Positions 9,647 to 19,089 are shown, counted from the first letter of the stretch. The stretch: 64,000 nucleotides of DNA from Candidatus Kapaibacterium sp. (GCA_044350705.1 JBILHA010000002.1:306295-370294), one strand, 5' to 3'. The notes: a model not told the origin generated them from the letters alone. A program made the numbers and translations.

Positions 9647-9753
9647 ATGCGCCGTTCCAGATCCATGCTTCCTGCATGAGAAATGGACGATCTCTCACAA
9701 TCCTCTTCATCACTTCACCCCCTGGTTCGCAGTGAACCAGATAGGAGAACCGT

Positions 9754-11844
9754 ATGGCTTTAGACCTCGCCGCGATCCTGTCTCTCCTCTTGGGGGAGCA
9801 GAAGCGCGAGAAGCGGAAGGCTGAGACGGGCAAGGGGGATGGGCAGGACGCTCTGCACGACGCGTTTATTGACGCGATTTTGCCGGAGTTGTCGAGTTAC
9901 TTCCTGACCCTCTTCGAGGAGAAGGATGCGCCGACGCTCCTGCGCTCGCTCAACGCGTTCATCCTTACGGTGTATCAGGCTTCGCCTGACGCCCTCCAGT
10001 TCCTCATCCGACTTATGGCAAATGTGTCGGTTGAGAAGTGGCAGGACCGCGCGAAGCGCAGGAATATCCCCGCCTGGGCGCTCACTGCTCCCATGGTCTT
10101 CATCAAGGCCTACTTCGGCGCCCTGGAAGACATGGCGTCGAAAAACAAGGCGCAGGGCAAGCAGACCACCCCTGAGGACATCAAGGCCGCTCTCAACAAT
10201 TTCGCCAAGAAGGCGAAGCAGACGGGGAGTGACCTCAACACGAAGCTCGGCGCGGCCCAGAAAGCTGCGCGGGACTTCGCTTCCAGTCACAAGACCACCA
10301 CGGAGGGCCCGGACATGGGCAACCCCCACGCCAACCCCAAGCCGCCGCCCTCCGCGGGCGGCGCCGGTGGGGGTTCGCCCCCGCCGCCCAACAACCCCAA
10401 GCCCGCGCAGAAGGACGGGGACGACAAGAAGGGCTCGATCGGCGAGCTCGTGGACACAGTGAAGGACGTCTTCACCGCCCTCAGCGCCATCGTGGCGTGG
10501 TGGGGCGATAGGGGCGAGGACCACATCCAGGAGGGGGCTCGCGCCCTCTTCTGGGTGCCCGTCGCCCTCCTCGTGACGGCGGCGTTCACCTTCGTCGCGG
10601 CCATCTCTCCCCGAGATGAGCCGATGATGGTGGTGACGGCGGCGGCGGCGATCTTCTGGACCCTGGGCCCCTTCGCGGCATACTGGATCTGGCGGCGCAA
10701 CGCCAGCCTCGAGGCCGAAAAGAACGAGGAAAACCCGGCCGAGCGCCCCGGCAACGGGGTGATCGAGCTCGGCATGCTCGCCGTCACCGGCGGCTTTGTT
10801 GGGAGCATCTCGATGCTCACCATCACCGCCGTCTGCGTGGTCGGCTCCTTCTCGAGCGGGTTCCATCCGCTCTACTACTGGATCAGCATGATCGCCATGG
10901 CAGCGGTTTTTGTCACCTGCATGGCGACCGACATGCTCACGGACTCCCTTAAAAGCATCGGGGGCTTGGCGATCCCTCGCCTGCGCAGCGAAACGCTGCC
11001 CAATCGGGTGACGAGGAGCTTCTCGCTCTTCGGACTGGTTTTTGGCCTGGCTATGGCCGTTCCGGTTCTGGCGTACACCTTCGGTCTCACGGACTATGTG
11101 GGATCGAAGGTCGCTCTTGGACTATTCCTCGGAATCGTCGCAGGCTTTCTCAACACCCGGGTCGCCAACGCTCCCAATCACCCCCCCTTCACTCCTCTCC
11201 TGGAGCAGTTCAACCGGAACGTGCTTCGGGACTACAAAACGTCCCGGAGCATCCTCTTCGCGGGGATCATCCCCATCGTCTTCTTCACGCTCTTCGATCT
11301 CTTCGCGCCGCCGCGGTGCCCCACCGATCCGGAGCTCGCTCCCAGCGAGTGCCCGGTCGAGCTCCCGACCTACGCGGAGCGGTGGCATGACTCGGACATC
11401 CGGGAAATCGGTGGCCGCGCTTACCACGCGGTCGTCGGCCTCTTTCTGGATGACGAGGAGGGAGATGAGGACGACTCCTCGACGGCCCTGATGACGGTGG
11501 TTCCCGCGGACAACGACACCTGCTCCGCGCGGGTGGAAGTGTTCGTCGCGGGCATCGCCACGGATGACTGCAAAGTCATCCTGAAGGCAGGGACGGACGC
11601 CGACCTGATCGCCTTGTGCGACCAGGCTCGGGACTGCGGGGCGCTCGCGCCCAACGGCCGCAAGGTCGTGCAGGTCGTCCGGGAGAAGAAGGAGTGGACG
11701 GTGGCCGATGTGGACGACTGGGGAGTTGGTGAGGTGGTGCTGGCGGGCTTCGCGCTCGTCGGTGTCCTCTTCCTCGTCATCCTCATCCTTGCCGCGCTAG
11801 GAGGCGGTGAGGAGAAGAAGGACGGCCACAGCAAGGGCCACTAG
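9754..11844 (+). CDS. large polytopic membrane protein with an N-terminal cytoplasmic domain, a Pro/Gly-rich linker and a Cys-rich C-terminal region; unknown function (high-GC island)
   Basis: 696 aa, about 10 predicted TM helices, PPPSAGGAGGGSPPPP linker, conserved Cys pairs near the C-terminus, final TM anchor. Confidence 0.6.
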   Translation: MALDLAAILSLLLGEQKREKRKAETGKGDGQDALHDAFIDAILPELSSYFLTLFEEKDAPTLLRSLNAFILTVYQASPDALQFLIRLMANVSVEKWQDRAKRRNIPAWALTAPMVFIKAYFGALEDMASKNKAQGKQTTPEDIKAALNNFAKKAKQTGSDLNTKLGAAQKAARDFASSHKTTTEGPDMGNPHANPKPPPSAGGAGGGSPPPPNNPKPAQKDGDDKKGSIGELVDTVKDVFTALSAIVAWWGDRGEDHIQEGARALFWVPVALLVTAAFTFVAAISPRDEPMMVVTAAAAIFWTLGPFAAYWIWRRNASLEAEKNEENPAERPGNGVIELGMLAVTGGFVGSISMLTITAVCVVGSFSSGFHPLYYWISMIAMAAVFVTCMATDMLTDSLKSIGGLAIPRLRSETLPNRVTRSFSLFGLVFGLAMAVPVLAYTFGLTDYVGSKVALGLFLGIVAGFLNTRVANAPNHPPFTPLLEQFNRNVLRDYKTSRSILFAGIIPIVFFTLFDLFAPPRCPTDPELAPSECPVELPTYAERWHDSDIREIGGRAYHAVVGLFLDDEEGDEDDSSTALMTVVPADNDTCSARVEVFVAGIATDDCKVILKAGTDADLIALCDQARDCGALAPNGRKVVQVVREKKEWTVADVDDWGVGEVVLAGFALVGVLFLVILILAALGGGEEKKDGHSKGH

Positions 11845-11953
11845 GAGGAGAGCAACCGCGTACAGTGGCGCGGGAAGGAACGGAAAAGCACACGGTACGT
11901 CGCAAGACGGACCTCTCGTGCTCGACCGGACCTTCCCGCGCCTTTTCGTTTCA

Positions 11954-11988
11954 ATAAAAAAACGCCCCGTGAGGGGCATTCTTTTTTT
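11954..11988. terminator. bidirectional rho-independent terminator
   Basis: aaaaaaacgccccgtgaggggcattcttttttt between convergent genes. Confidence 0.75.
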
Positions 11989-12370
11989 AGGTTACTGCGG
12001 TTTGTACTTGCGTGATAACGAAGTTGGAAATCGCGTATGCAGAGAGCAAGATCACGAGACCTACGACTGCCGTGATGAGAATATCCTTTGCCTTTCCGGT
12101 CTGCTTGCTGTCTCCCGCTGCGGTCATCCAGAGCCAACCTGCGTAGAGCGTAAGGAACAAGAAGACGATACCGAGCAAACTCAATCCGATGTTAATGAGC
12201 GTACCGATTGTGGTTGTAAGATCGTTATCACTTAAACCCGTTGCGCTTCCTACTTCACCGAGTGAAGCATCCAAATCAAGATCGTTGCCAGTGGCAAGTG
12301 CTGGCACTGCGCTTGCAAAAGGTGCTGCAGCGATTGCTGCTCCTGCCAAAAAGTGTTTCCAGTTTTTCAT
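11987..12370 (-). CDS. VirB2/TrbC-like (T4SS pilin-like) small membrane protein, paralog 1
   Basis: Signal peptide (start taken at MKNWKHF), then TM-loop-TM with the motif LYAGWLWMTAAGDSKQTGKAKD. Confidence 0.7.
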   Translation of the reverse strand: MKNWKHFLAGAAIAAAPFASAVPALATGNDLDLDASLGEVGSATGLSDNDLTTTIGTLINIGLSLLGIVFLFLTLYAGWLWMTAAGDSKQTGKAKDILITAVVGLVILLSAYAISNFVITQVQTAVT

Positions 12371-12434
12371 AGGATATTTTATGGATATATTGTAGCATGT
12401 TTTTTCTCTTTCTCTAGTTACTGTGGATAGGGCT

Positions 12435-13139
12435 TTAGCTTCCCCCGATAATTGAGTCGCTATAATCCCATCCTCCCGCGGCTCGTTCTCCTGAAAGCCG
12501 TCCAATAATGAATGAGGAAATACTGTAGGCGAGGAGCGTAAGAATGAGCCCAATGAGCGCATTCTTCATGATGGACTTTGCTTTGTCTACTTGCTTTCCG
12601 TCTCCTTGTGCGGTCATCCAGAGAATGCCGGCGTAGATAAAGAGTACCAGCAGGACAACACCGAGAAGATTGAGCACGATACTGATCATTGTTCCAATAT
12701 TATCGAGCAAGTCCGTACTTGTTACTCCTGTTGATTCGAATGTCTGTTGCGCATTCTCACTCAATAGGACATCTGCACCGGGAGCTTGTGCGATAAAGAA
12801 GAATACTATTGCATTTGCAGAGAGGGTGATGATGAGACCCACCACGGCATTTGCCATCACATCTTTCGCTTTCTTCACCTGCTTTTCGTCGCCTTGTGCG
12901 GTCATCCAAAGGAATCCTGCGTATACAAAGTAGATGAGGAGAAGAACGCTTAATAAACCTAACGCGAGGTTGATGAACAATCCTATGAGCGTGGGCAAAC
13001 TTCCCTCCGAACCTGTTACATTAATTTCCGCCCCTTGGCCTGCAGTCTGTAGTTCCGTTTGTCCTAGATCTATTGCCAATGCCCCTACAGGAAAGCATAG
13101 AGACATGGCTACGATGGCCATCCATTTTAAAATACGCAT
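12435..13139 (-). CDS. tandem double-domain VirB2/TrbC-like pilin protein, paralogs 2a and 2b fused
   Basis: Two complete TM-loop-TM modules, VYAGFLWMTAQGDEKQVKKAKD and IYAGILWMTAQGDGKQVDKAKS, in a single ORF. Confidence 0.65.
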   Translation of the reverse strand: MRILKWMAIVAMSLCFPVGALAIDLGQTELQTAGQGAEINVTGSEGSLPTLIGLFINLALGLLSVLLLIYFVYAGFLWMTAQGDEKQVKKAKDVMANAVVGLIITLSANAIVFFFIAQAPGADVLLSENAQQTFESTGVTSTDLLDNIGTMISIVLNLLGVVLLVLFIYAGILWMTAQGDGKQVDKAKSIMKNALIGLILTLLAYSISSFIIGRLSGERAAGGWDYSDSIIGGS

Positions 13140-13149
13140 ATCTCTTCTT

Positions 13150-13575
13150 CTAGCCTCCTCCCGCCGTCGTCGTTGAGAGCGAAGTTACAACGAAGTTTGC
13201 TATTGCGTATGCACCCACGAGAATAACCGTTCCCACTACACACTGCGTAAGAATATCTTTTGCTTTCTGCACTTTCTTTGAGTCGCCTTGTGCGGTCACC
13301 CAGAGAAAACCTGCATAGGTCATGAGCGCAAAGAGAAGGGTACCTGTAAGCCCAAGTGCCGGTCGAATGACATAGGTTCCCACAAATTGTGGCAGCGTCA
13401 TGGTTATGGAGGTACTTGCTAATCCATACCCTTCTTTTGCCGTAGTTCCCAATCCAGTATCACTCGAACCTAATTGCGCAAATGCCGCAGTGGGGAGCAA
13501 GAAACTTAGAACAACAAATAATTTCAGAAGAATATTTTTCATACAAAAGGTTCCAAGTTCAAACGCTCCCCGCAC
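13150..13575 (-). CDS. VirB2/TrbC-like pilin-like protein, paralog 3
   Basis: Signal peptide, motif TYAGFLWVTAQGDSKKVQKAKD. Start may be the internal Met at about 13542. Confidence 0.7.
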   Translation of the reverse strand: MRGAFELGTFCMKNILLKLFVVLSFLLPTAAFAQLGSSDTGLGTTAKEGYGLASTSITMTLPQFVGTYVIRPALGLTGTLLFALMTYAGFLWVTAQGDSKKVQKAKDILTQCVVGTVILVGAYAIANFVVTSLSTTTAGGG

Positions 13576-13578
13576 GCA

Positions 13579-13974
13579 TTACGCTGTTGCGTCGAGAATT
13601 GAGGAGATGACGAAGCTTGCAATTGCGTATGCGGACATGATGATCGCCAGACCAATCAGACCAGAAATCATAAGGCGCTTTGCTTCGCCCACCTTTTCGT
13701 CGTTTCCACCTGCGGTCATCCACTTAAATCCACCGTAGAGCACAATACATACGGCGATAACACCCAAGAAACCAAGCGCAACACGAATCAGGTTACCGAT
13801 GGTGGTCTGCAGATCTGCCTGACCAAGTCCTGTTGCATCTGAAAAATCATCTCCCAAGAAATCCTCCGCTTCGAGAGGCTGTGCGTATGCGATCGGAATT
13901 ATTCTCGCGAAAGGAAGTGCAAGAAATACTCCCAGTGCCGCACTCATAAGGAAACGCAATGTTTTGTTCATCAT
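13579..13974 (-). CDS. VirB2/TrbC-like pilin-like protein, paralog 4
   Basis: Signal peptide, motif LYGGFKWMTAGGNDEKVGEAKR. Confidence 0.7.
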   Translation of the reverse strand: MMNKTLRFLMSAALGVFLALPFARIIPIAYAQPLEAEDFLGDDFSDATGLGQADLQTTIGNLIRVALGFLGVIAVCIVLYGGFKWMTAGGNDEKVGEAKRLMISGLIGLAIIMSAYAIASFVISSILDATA

Positions 13975-14009
13975 AGATATTTCTCAATATGGGAAAAGTA
14001 TAACATCTT

Positions 14010-14357
14010 TTATGCACCCGTTGCGCTTCCTGTGGTAAACGCATTTACGATCGCATTTACTATTACGTATGCTCCCGCAATAACTCCCAATCCCAGCACC
14101 GCCCAGACCATGATATCTTTTCCGCGCTGCACTTTTTTCTGTTCACCGTTTGCGGTAATCCAGAGTACACCTGCGTATACAAACATGAGAAGCGTAATCG
14201 TTCCGATAACGGAAAGAAGTCCCGAGATGATACGTCCCGCTAAAATACGAGGATCCGTTTCGCCGAGGGGATTGATGAGATGTACCGTCTGTGCAGAAAC
14301 GAGGTGCGGCGCAAGGATAAGTAGACCGCAGATAAGCGTAAGAACATGCCGTTTCAT
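14010..14357 (-). CDS. VirB2/TrbC-like pilin-like protein, paralog 5
   Basis: Start taken at MKRHVLTLICGLLILAPHLVSA. Motif VYAGVLWITANGEQKKVQRGKD. Confidence 0.65.
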   Translation of the reverse strand: MKRHVLTLICGLLILAPHLVSAQTVHLINPLGETDPRILAGRIISGLLSVIGTITLLMFVYAGVLWITANGEQKKVQRGKDIMVWAVLGLGVIAGAYVIVNAIVNAFTTGSATGA

Positions 14358-14358
14358 A

Positions 14359-14916
14359 CTATTGGTTATTTGTGTCAATGACCTGTCCTGTGGGGATTTC
14401 GTATCTTCTTCCGTCTTCAGTCGCAGGGAGGTCTTGGATGGTTTCTTCAACCGTTGCTTGAGGATCAATTCCTCCGAGGATTGAAATGAGGAAATTGATC
14501 ATCGCGTATGCACCAAATATAATCGCCAGACCGATAATTGCGTGCTTCATGGTGTCTTTTCCGATTTGAATGTACTCAGGACGACCTTGCGCAAACACCC
14601 AATTCCACCCTCCGTAGATAAACATGAGCAGCGCTACCGTTCCAGAGATTCCGAGAATAAGAATGATGATGTTTACCGCGATTTGTACCAGTTCAGCGAG
14701 ACTACAAATTCCTTGTGCTCGACACTGACACGTGTCTCCTTCGCCACTTTCAGGAGCTGGATCTTCACAAATATTTGCGAAGATAATTCCCTGTTGCATG
14801 ATGTTCGTGTACCCCTGTGCAGCCGTTACATCTTGTGGCGCTGCGAATGCGAAGCTTGGCGCAATACACATGAATGCTCCAATACATGCTGCGAGGATAC
14901 GAGCGAAGAAACGCAT
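14359..14916 (-). CDS. VirB2/TrbC-like pilin-like protein, paralog 6, with a Cys-rich N-terminal insert
   Basis: Signal peptide, CEDPAPESGEGDTCQCRAQGIC insert, motif IYGGWNWVFAQGRPEYIQIGKD. Confidence 0.65.
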   Translation of the reverse strand: MRFFARILAACIGAFMCIAPSFAFAAPQDVTAAQGYTNIMQQGIIFANICEDPAPESGEGDTCQCRAQGICSLAELVQIAVNIIILILGISGTVALLMFIYGGWNWVFAQGRPEYIQIGKDTMKHAIIGLAIIFGAYAMINFLISILGGIDPQATVEETIQDLPATEDGRRYEIPTGQVIDTNNQ

Positions 14917-14941
14917 ATCGATGCGTATATTCTATCACGCA

Positions 14942-16345
14942 TTATTTATAGGTTTGAGAAACTACTTTTGCTGCGTCATTGATAGAGTCTTCCGCCTTTC
15001 TGTTTGCTGCCAGTACTTCGGTTGCCAGCTCTTCAAATGCCGCTTCCATCGCTTTCGCGTCAAGGCCCTTGTACCAGCTTTCCGCCGTCAGGATCTGCTC
15101 TACAAATGCACTCAGATTTTCTCTTTCAATCTGCTCGTCAATTAGTTCACGTAATGCGGTTGGTCTTCCTGTTTCGTCGAGGTATTTTATCGCCTGCTCT
15201 GCACTCGTCGCAAATGCCACAAAGTCCCATGCTTCATCAGGAAATTCCGTATCTTTTGATACGGTTTCTATCCAATAATTTGCAAAATTCACCTTCTTTG
15301 CCCCTCCGCCGATCTGCGGGAGTGGCGAGACACCAATATCGATCGTGGGAGCTGCTGCCTGAATGATCGGCAAATGATAGCTGTACCCCAACATCATTGC
15401 CGTTTGTCCTGACGCAAATGCATCGACATTCGCTGGGAATTCCTCGGTCCAGGTGTACGTTTCCTTTACGGGATTTGCGAAGTCCGTAAAGAAACGTACC
15501 GCATCCAATCCAGGAAATACTCCGCTTCCTGCGTCGTCGGGGATGGTATTAAAGGCAATACGTCCGCGATCATCTACCATCGGCGTTCCGTTCTGGAGCA
15601 TAAGCGCCTGCACAATATCTGCCGCGCGATCAATATTTTCTACGGTTCCCAAAGAGGCTCCTGACTGGCGAATCGATCCGTCGTCCGCATACTGCGTGAG
15701 CGCCACGACGGCATCTTGAAATTCCACCCATGTCTCTGGAGCTTTTGCGAGTCCTGCCGCATCAAACAAATCTTTGTTGTAGAATAACGCCAATGTATCC
15801 ACTGAGAGCGGCAGACCAAATACCCGATCTTCCTCTGGAGCATCTTCGTCGGGTTGATACGGCAAAATAGCATCGTGGGCAACGACGTCTACGAAATCCT
15901 CTTTGATTGATCGCTGCGAAGGGAGTGCCACCTGTTTTGAGGTGAGAACCGTTTCTTTTCTCACCGTTCCTACGGTTTCAAGGTATTTCACCGTTACCGA
16001 TGTCGGCATGGGCAAAAGAAGATCTTTATACTCATTCATTTGGGTATTGTGTACCGTAAAAATGTCCGGACCTTCGCCTTTTGCAAGCGCAGTGATGAGT
16101 TCTTTTTCGTATTCATCAAATCGCAACACGCGGTAATCGATGACTACGTAGGGATGCTGCGCTTGATATGCGCTAATAATGTCGTCAAAGGCATCATCTC
16201 CATCAAATACGCGCCAATACGTGAGTCGTACTTTTTCTGCGGCTTGCTTTGTTTCACCGCCGCCTCCACACCCTGCTCCAAGCGTAAATAATAACGATGC
16301 GGTCAGCATCGCAGGAAGAAATCTACGGAGTTTCGGGAATTTCAT
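14942..16345 (-). CDS. ABC transporter substrate-binding lipoprotein (family 1, sugar-type); orphan, no cognate permease in the window
   Basis: Lipobox LGAGCGG. Extracellular solute-binding protein fold along the full length. Confidence 0.75.
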   Translation of the reverse strand: MKFPKLRRFLPAMLTASLLFTLGAGCGGGGETKQAAEKVRLTYWRVFDGDDAFDDIISAYQAQHPYVVIDYRVLRFDEYEKELITALAKGEGPDIFTVHNTQMNEYKDLLLPMPTSVTVKYLETVGTVRKETVLTSKQVALPSQRSIKEDFVDVVAHDAILPYQPDEDAPEEDRVFGLPLSVDTLALFYNKDLFDAAGLAKAPETWVEFQDAVVALTQYADDGSIRQSGASLGTVENIDRAADIVQALMLQNGTPMVDDRGRIAFNTIPDDAGSGVFPGLDAVRFFTDFANPVKETYTWTEEFPANVDAFASGQTAMMLGYSYHLPIIQAAAPTIDIGVSPLPQIGGGAKKVNFANYWIETVSKDTEFPDEAWDFVAFATSAEQAIKYLDETGRPTALRELIDEQIERENLSAFVEQILTAESWYKGLDAKAMEAAFEELATEVLAANRKAEDSINDAAKVVSQTYK

Positions 16346-16886
16346 AGATGTACATCATGCGGCCACGGAGATTTTTCGGCAGATGTGTTTGCTCGATAAC
16401 CTCCTTTGGCTTCCAAAAAGTGATGGGAAAATCGACGGCAACGATGCGGGTACCCGGCTTACATTCTTGCTCGAGCTTTTTCGCGACTTTGTCTACGAAT
16501 CCGGGCAAAAGATAGAGTACTATCCGATCTGCGTCCTGATATTTTTGTTTCAACGCGTCCGCATGGACATAGGAAATATGCTTTTCCTTGCCACAGAGGC
16601 GTGCGAGGATGATGGGATACCATGCTCGATCAATCCCCTTGTAGTGAGCTCGTGGCTCTTGTGCTGCACACGCGCGCAAAATACGGCCATCTCCGCACCC
16701 AATATCATACACTACAAGATCTGCCTTTATAGCGAGTGCCTTTACTACTCCCGAAAGCACTTCATGCGGGAGTGGTACATACGGCGCGCGCCATGAGCCA
16801 AGTACGCTCATAGCCCACAGGAATACCCCTCCGTTTATGAGTACGAAAAACAAGAGTGCAGTTCCTAAAATAAGGTATTCGAGCAT
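16323..16886 (-). CDS. class I SAM-dependent methyltransferase with an N-terminal TM helix
   Basis: Motif I VYDIGCGDGRIL and an acidic motif II. Confidence 0.7.
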   Translation of the reverse strand: MLEYLILGTALLFFVLINGGVFLWAMSVLGSWRAPYVPLPHEVLSGVVKALAIKADLVVYDIGCGDGRILRACAAQEPRAHYKGIDRAWYPIILARLCGKEKHISYVHADALKQKYQDADRIVLYLLPGFVDKVAKKLEQECKPGTRIVAVDFPITFWKPKEVIEQTHLPKNLRGRMMYIYEIPETP

Positions 16887-16929
16887 AGGAGGACTCAGAG
16901 AAACTGGACGTCATCTCGACGACACTCGT

Positions 16930-17799
16930 TCACTTCAAACTCTCTAAATAGCCCTTTAATCCTTCTTTTACTTCTGGGTGCTGCAAGCCAAGTTCAATTT
17001 GTGCGAGAATGAACTGGAGCTTGTTTCCACAGTCATAGCGCTTTCCGCTGAACTTTCTTCCAAAAAGCTTTCCCCCTTCACTCAAATGCGTCGCGAACGC
17101 ATCGGCAAGCCGGATTTCTCCATCCTTTCCCGGTTCCTGTGTTTCAAGGAGACGGAGGATTCGAGGAGTAATAACGTACCGCCCTACTGCGGCGTAGTTT
17201 GAAGGTGCTTCTTCTACTTTTGGCTTTTCTACAAATTGTGAAATCGCCCAAACGTCATGAGAAAGCGCCTCTCCATCAATAACGCCATAGCTTGAAACAT
17301 GTGCACGCGGAACTTCTTGCACGGCTACTACGGACTCTCCTCCCTGTGCATGGAATGTTTCAATGAGTTCTCCAATTGCCGGCTTTTCTCCCGAAATGAT
17401 GTCATCTCCAAAAAGCACCGCTACAGACTCGTCATCGCCAATAAAAGGCGCTGCCGCAAGAAGCGCATGTCCATCTCCCAACGGCTTCTGTTGGCGCACA
17501 AAGGCAAATTTTGCCAACTTCCCCACCTCTTCAATTACCGCTAACTCCTTCAGCTTTTTCTTTTGCTCAAGGCGATATTCAAGCTCGAAGTTCCGATCAA
17601 AGTGATCCTCAATGGCTCGCTTCCCAATCGCCGTCACGAAAATCACCTCCTCAATTCCCGCAGCAACCGCCTCTTCGACGATGTATTGAATCACCGGCTT
17701 ATCAACGACCGGGAGCATTTCTTTTGGCTGTGCTTTTGTTGCCGGGAGGAATCGCGTTCCCATGCCTGCAACAGGAATGATTGCTTTGCGAATTTGCAT
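16930..17799 (-). CDS. galU: UTP--glucose-1-phosphate uridylyltransferase
   Basis: AIIPVAGMGTRFLPATKAQPKEMLPVVDKP signature, alignable over the full length. Confidence 0.9.
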   Translation of the reverse strand: MQIRKAIIPVAGMGTRFLPATKAQPKEMLPVVDKPVIQYIVEEAVAAGIEEVIFVTAIGKRAIEDHFDRNFELEYRLEQKKKLKELAVIEEVGKLAKFAFVRQQKPLGDGHALLAAAPFIGDDESVAVLFGDDIISGEKPAIGELIETFHAQGGESVVAVQEVPRAHVSSYGVIDGEALSHDVWAISQFVEKPKVEEAPSNYAAVGRYVITPRILRLLETQEPGKDGEIRLADAFATHLSEGGKLFGRKFSGKRYDCGNKLQFILAQIELGLQHPEVKEGLKGYLESLK

Positions 17800-17841
17800 A
17801 CTTTTCTTTCAGTATATCTTGCGTGTGTTTTTTCGTGAACA

Positions 17842-18381
17842 TCACCTCATCTCCGAGCTGCATGCATCGCCCCAAAGCCCACGCTCTTGCGTTCTCGCCT
17901 CTTCTTCTGCGGCCGCATACTCACCCTGCTTCTCATATGGAACCTTGTAGGTGTACTCTTGCGCGTATCCGCTTTCGATGAGCCATGTTCCGATGTCTTC
18001 ATTGTTTTTTTCTACGTATCGCAACCATCTTCCATAACGATCCTCCTCTGTTTGTGACGGATCCGCGATGAGCGTTACTTCATCTCCCACAAGAAGCTTT
18101 TCTTTTAACGCCTGTGACGCCTCTTTCCCAAAGCACTCCACAGATTTTCTTGGATCGACGGTTTCTGGAGTATTCACTCCTATCATTCTCACCGTGCGAT
18201 CTTCGCCTTCCGCATGCACAATGATGGTATCTCCGTCGACTACACGCACTACGGTCGTACCCGTTTTTTCTTCTGCCGCGATCTCTCCGATGAGCTCCTC
18301 TGGAATTGTTCCAAATTCATACAGTAGAGCGATTGCAATTGTTGCGAGTATTGCAAGAAGTGATGCTTGTTTTTTTCTCAT
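17842..18381 (-). CDS. secreted thermonuclease (staphylococcal nuclease, SNase-like)
   Basis: N-terminal TM/signal segment. SNase motifs VVDGDTI..R(M/L)IG(V/I)(N/D)TPE..G.EA and the YGR..Y motif. Confidence 0.8.
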   Translation of the reverse strand: MRKKQASLLAILATIAIALLYEFGTIPEELIGEIAAEEKTGTTVVRVVDGDTIIVHAEGEDRTVRMIGVNTPETVDPRKSVECFGKEASQALKEKLLVGDEVTLIADPSQTEEDRYGRWLRYVEKNNEDIGTWLIESGYAQEYTYKVPYEKQGEYAAAEEEARTQERGLWGDACSSEMR

Positions 18382-18400
18382 AGCGAACCCGGCATAAGTA

Positions 18401-19087
18401 TTAAGAATTAGGATTTTTTTTCATCTGCTCGTAGAGTTCGGGGCCTTCTTTATACCAACGTGTCACCGCATCAACATGTGACATACCTTCTGATTCCCAT
18501 TTGCGAAGAAGTTTAAATTTTTCTTCAAATAATTCATGGTGCTTTCGCATGTTCTCTGCGCTCTTCAGTGCCCATTGCGCATGCTCACGCTCTGCTTGCT
18601 CCTTTTTTTCTACAATGTCGTCAGACAAGTAACGATTCTTCGAAATGTCGAAGTCGATTCCCTCAACTGCTACTTTCTTTTCTTTGAAAAGATGTTGTAC
18701 GGTTTCTTTATTTCTTTCCACGCGCGTTGCTTCGCAGAATATCATCACCTCTTCTCCTTCGTATTCATTGATGATTCTCTCTGCAAAGATCAAATTTTCA
18801 AGCGAAGAAAGTGACTGATCTTCGAGAACAATGCTCCATGCAGACGCTGCCCTGCCGACACTTTCTCGTTCCATGAGATATTTGAGATACTCAGCGATCT
18901 TTTCCGCCTCAGTTCCTTTGTACGGTGGCGTGCAAGAAGTAGGCCCGCCACAAGGAATCACGAGCGCCTTTTCATTTTTTGCTTCCGCATACATGCGATT
19001 AAAAGCAACGTGCAGATACGTGAGGTAATTCTGATCTTTTCGAATGTCTTCCGGAATTCCGTAACCGCAGATGATGAATGCTTTCAT
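18401..19087 (-). CDS. YdcF/ElyC/SanA (DUF218) family protein with a C-terminal coiled-coil extension
   Basis: ALVIPCGGPTS...GTEAEKIAEYL...SLENLIFAERI pattern. Start taken at MKAFIICGYG, which avoids overlap with msrB. Confidence 0.55.
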   Translation of the reverse strand: MKAFIICGYGIPEDIRKDQNYLTYLHVAFNRMYAEAKNEKALVIPCGGPTSCTPPYKGTEAEKIAEYLKYLMERESVGRAASAWSIVLEDQSLSSLENLIFAERIINEYEGEEVMIFCEATRVERNKETVQHLFKEKKVAVEGIDFDISKNRYLSDDIVEKKEQAEREHAQWALKSAENMRKHHELFEEKFKLLRKWESEGMSHVDAVTRWYKEGPELYEQMKKNPNS

Positions 19088-19089
19088 AC

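Larger units (their letters stand above)
7940..11960. other. roughly 4 kb high-GC block (about 65-70% GC versus a 45-50% background) carrying three genes; putative horizontally acquired island without mobility genes
   Basis: Composition shifts abruptly at both edges. The left edge has an imperfect palindrome at 7959-7993; the right edge has a terminator at 11954-11988. The encoded proteins are Ala/Gly/Pro-rich. Confidence 0.6.

Noticed and set aside
11987-12562. Full-length 191-aa version of pilin paralog 1 overlapping the next gene by about 128 nt
   Set aside because: The N-terminal 64 residues lack signal-peptide character and overlap the neighbouring gene. The internal Met (MKNWKHF, 12370) gives a canonical signal peptide.
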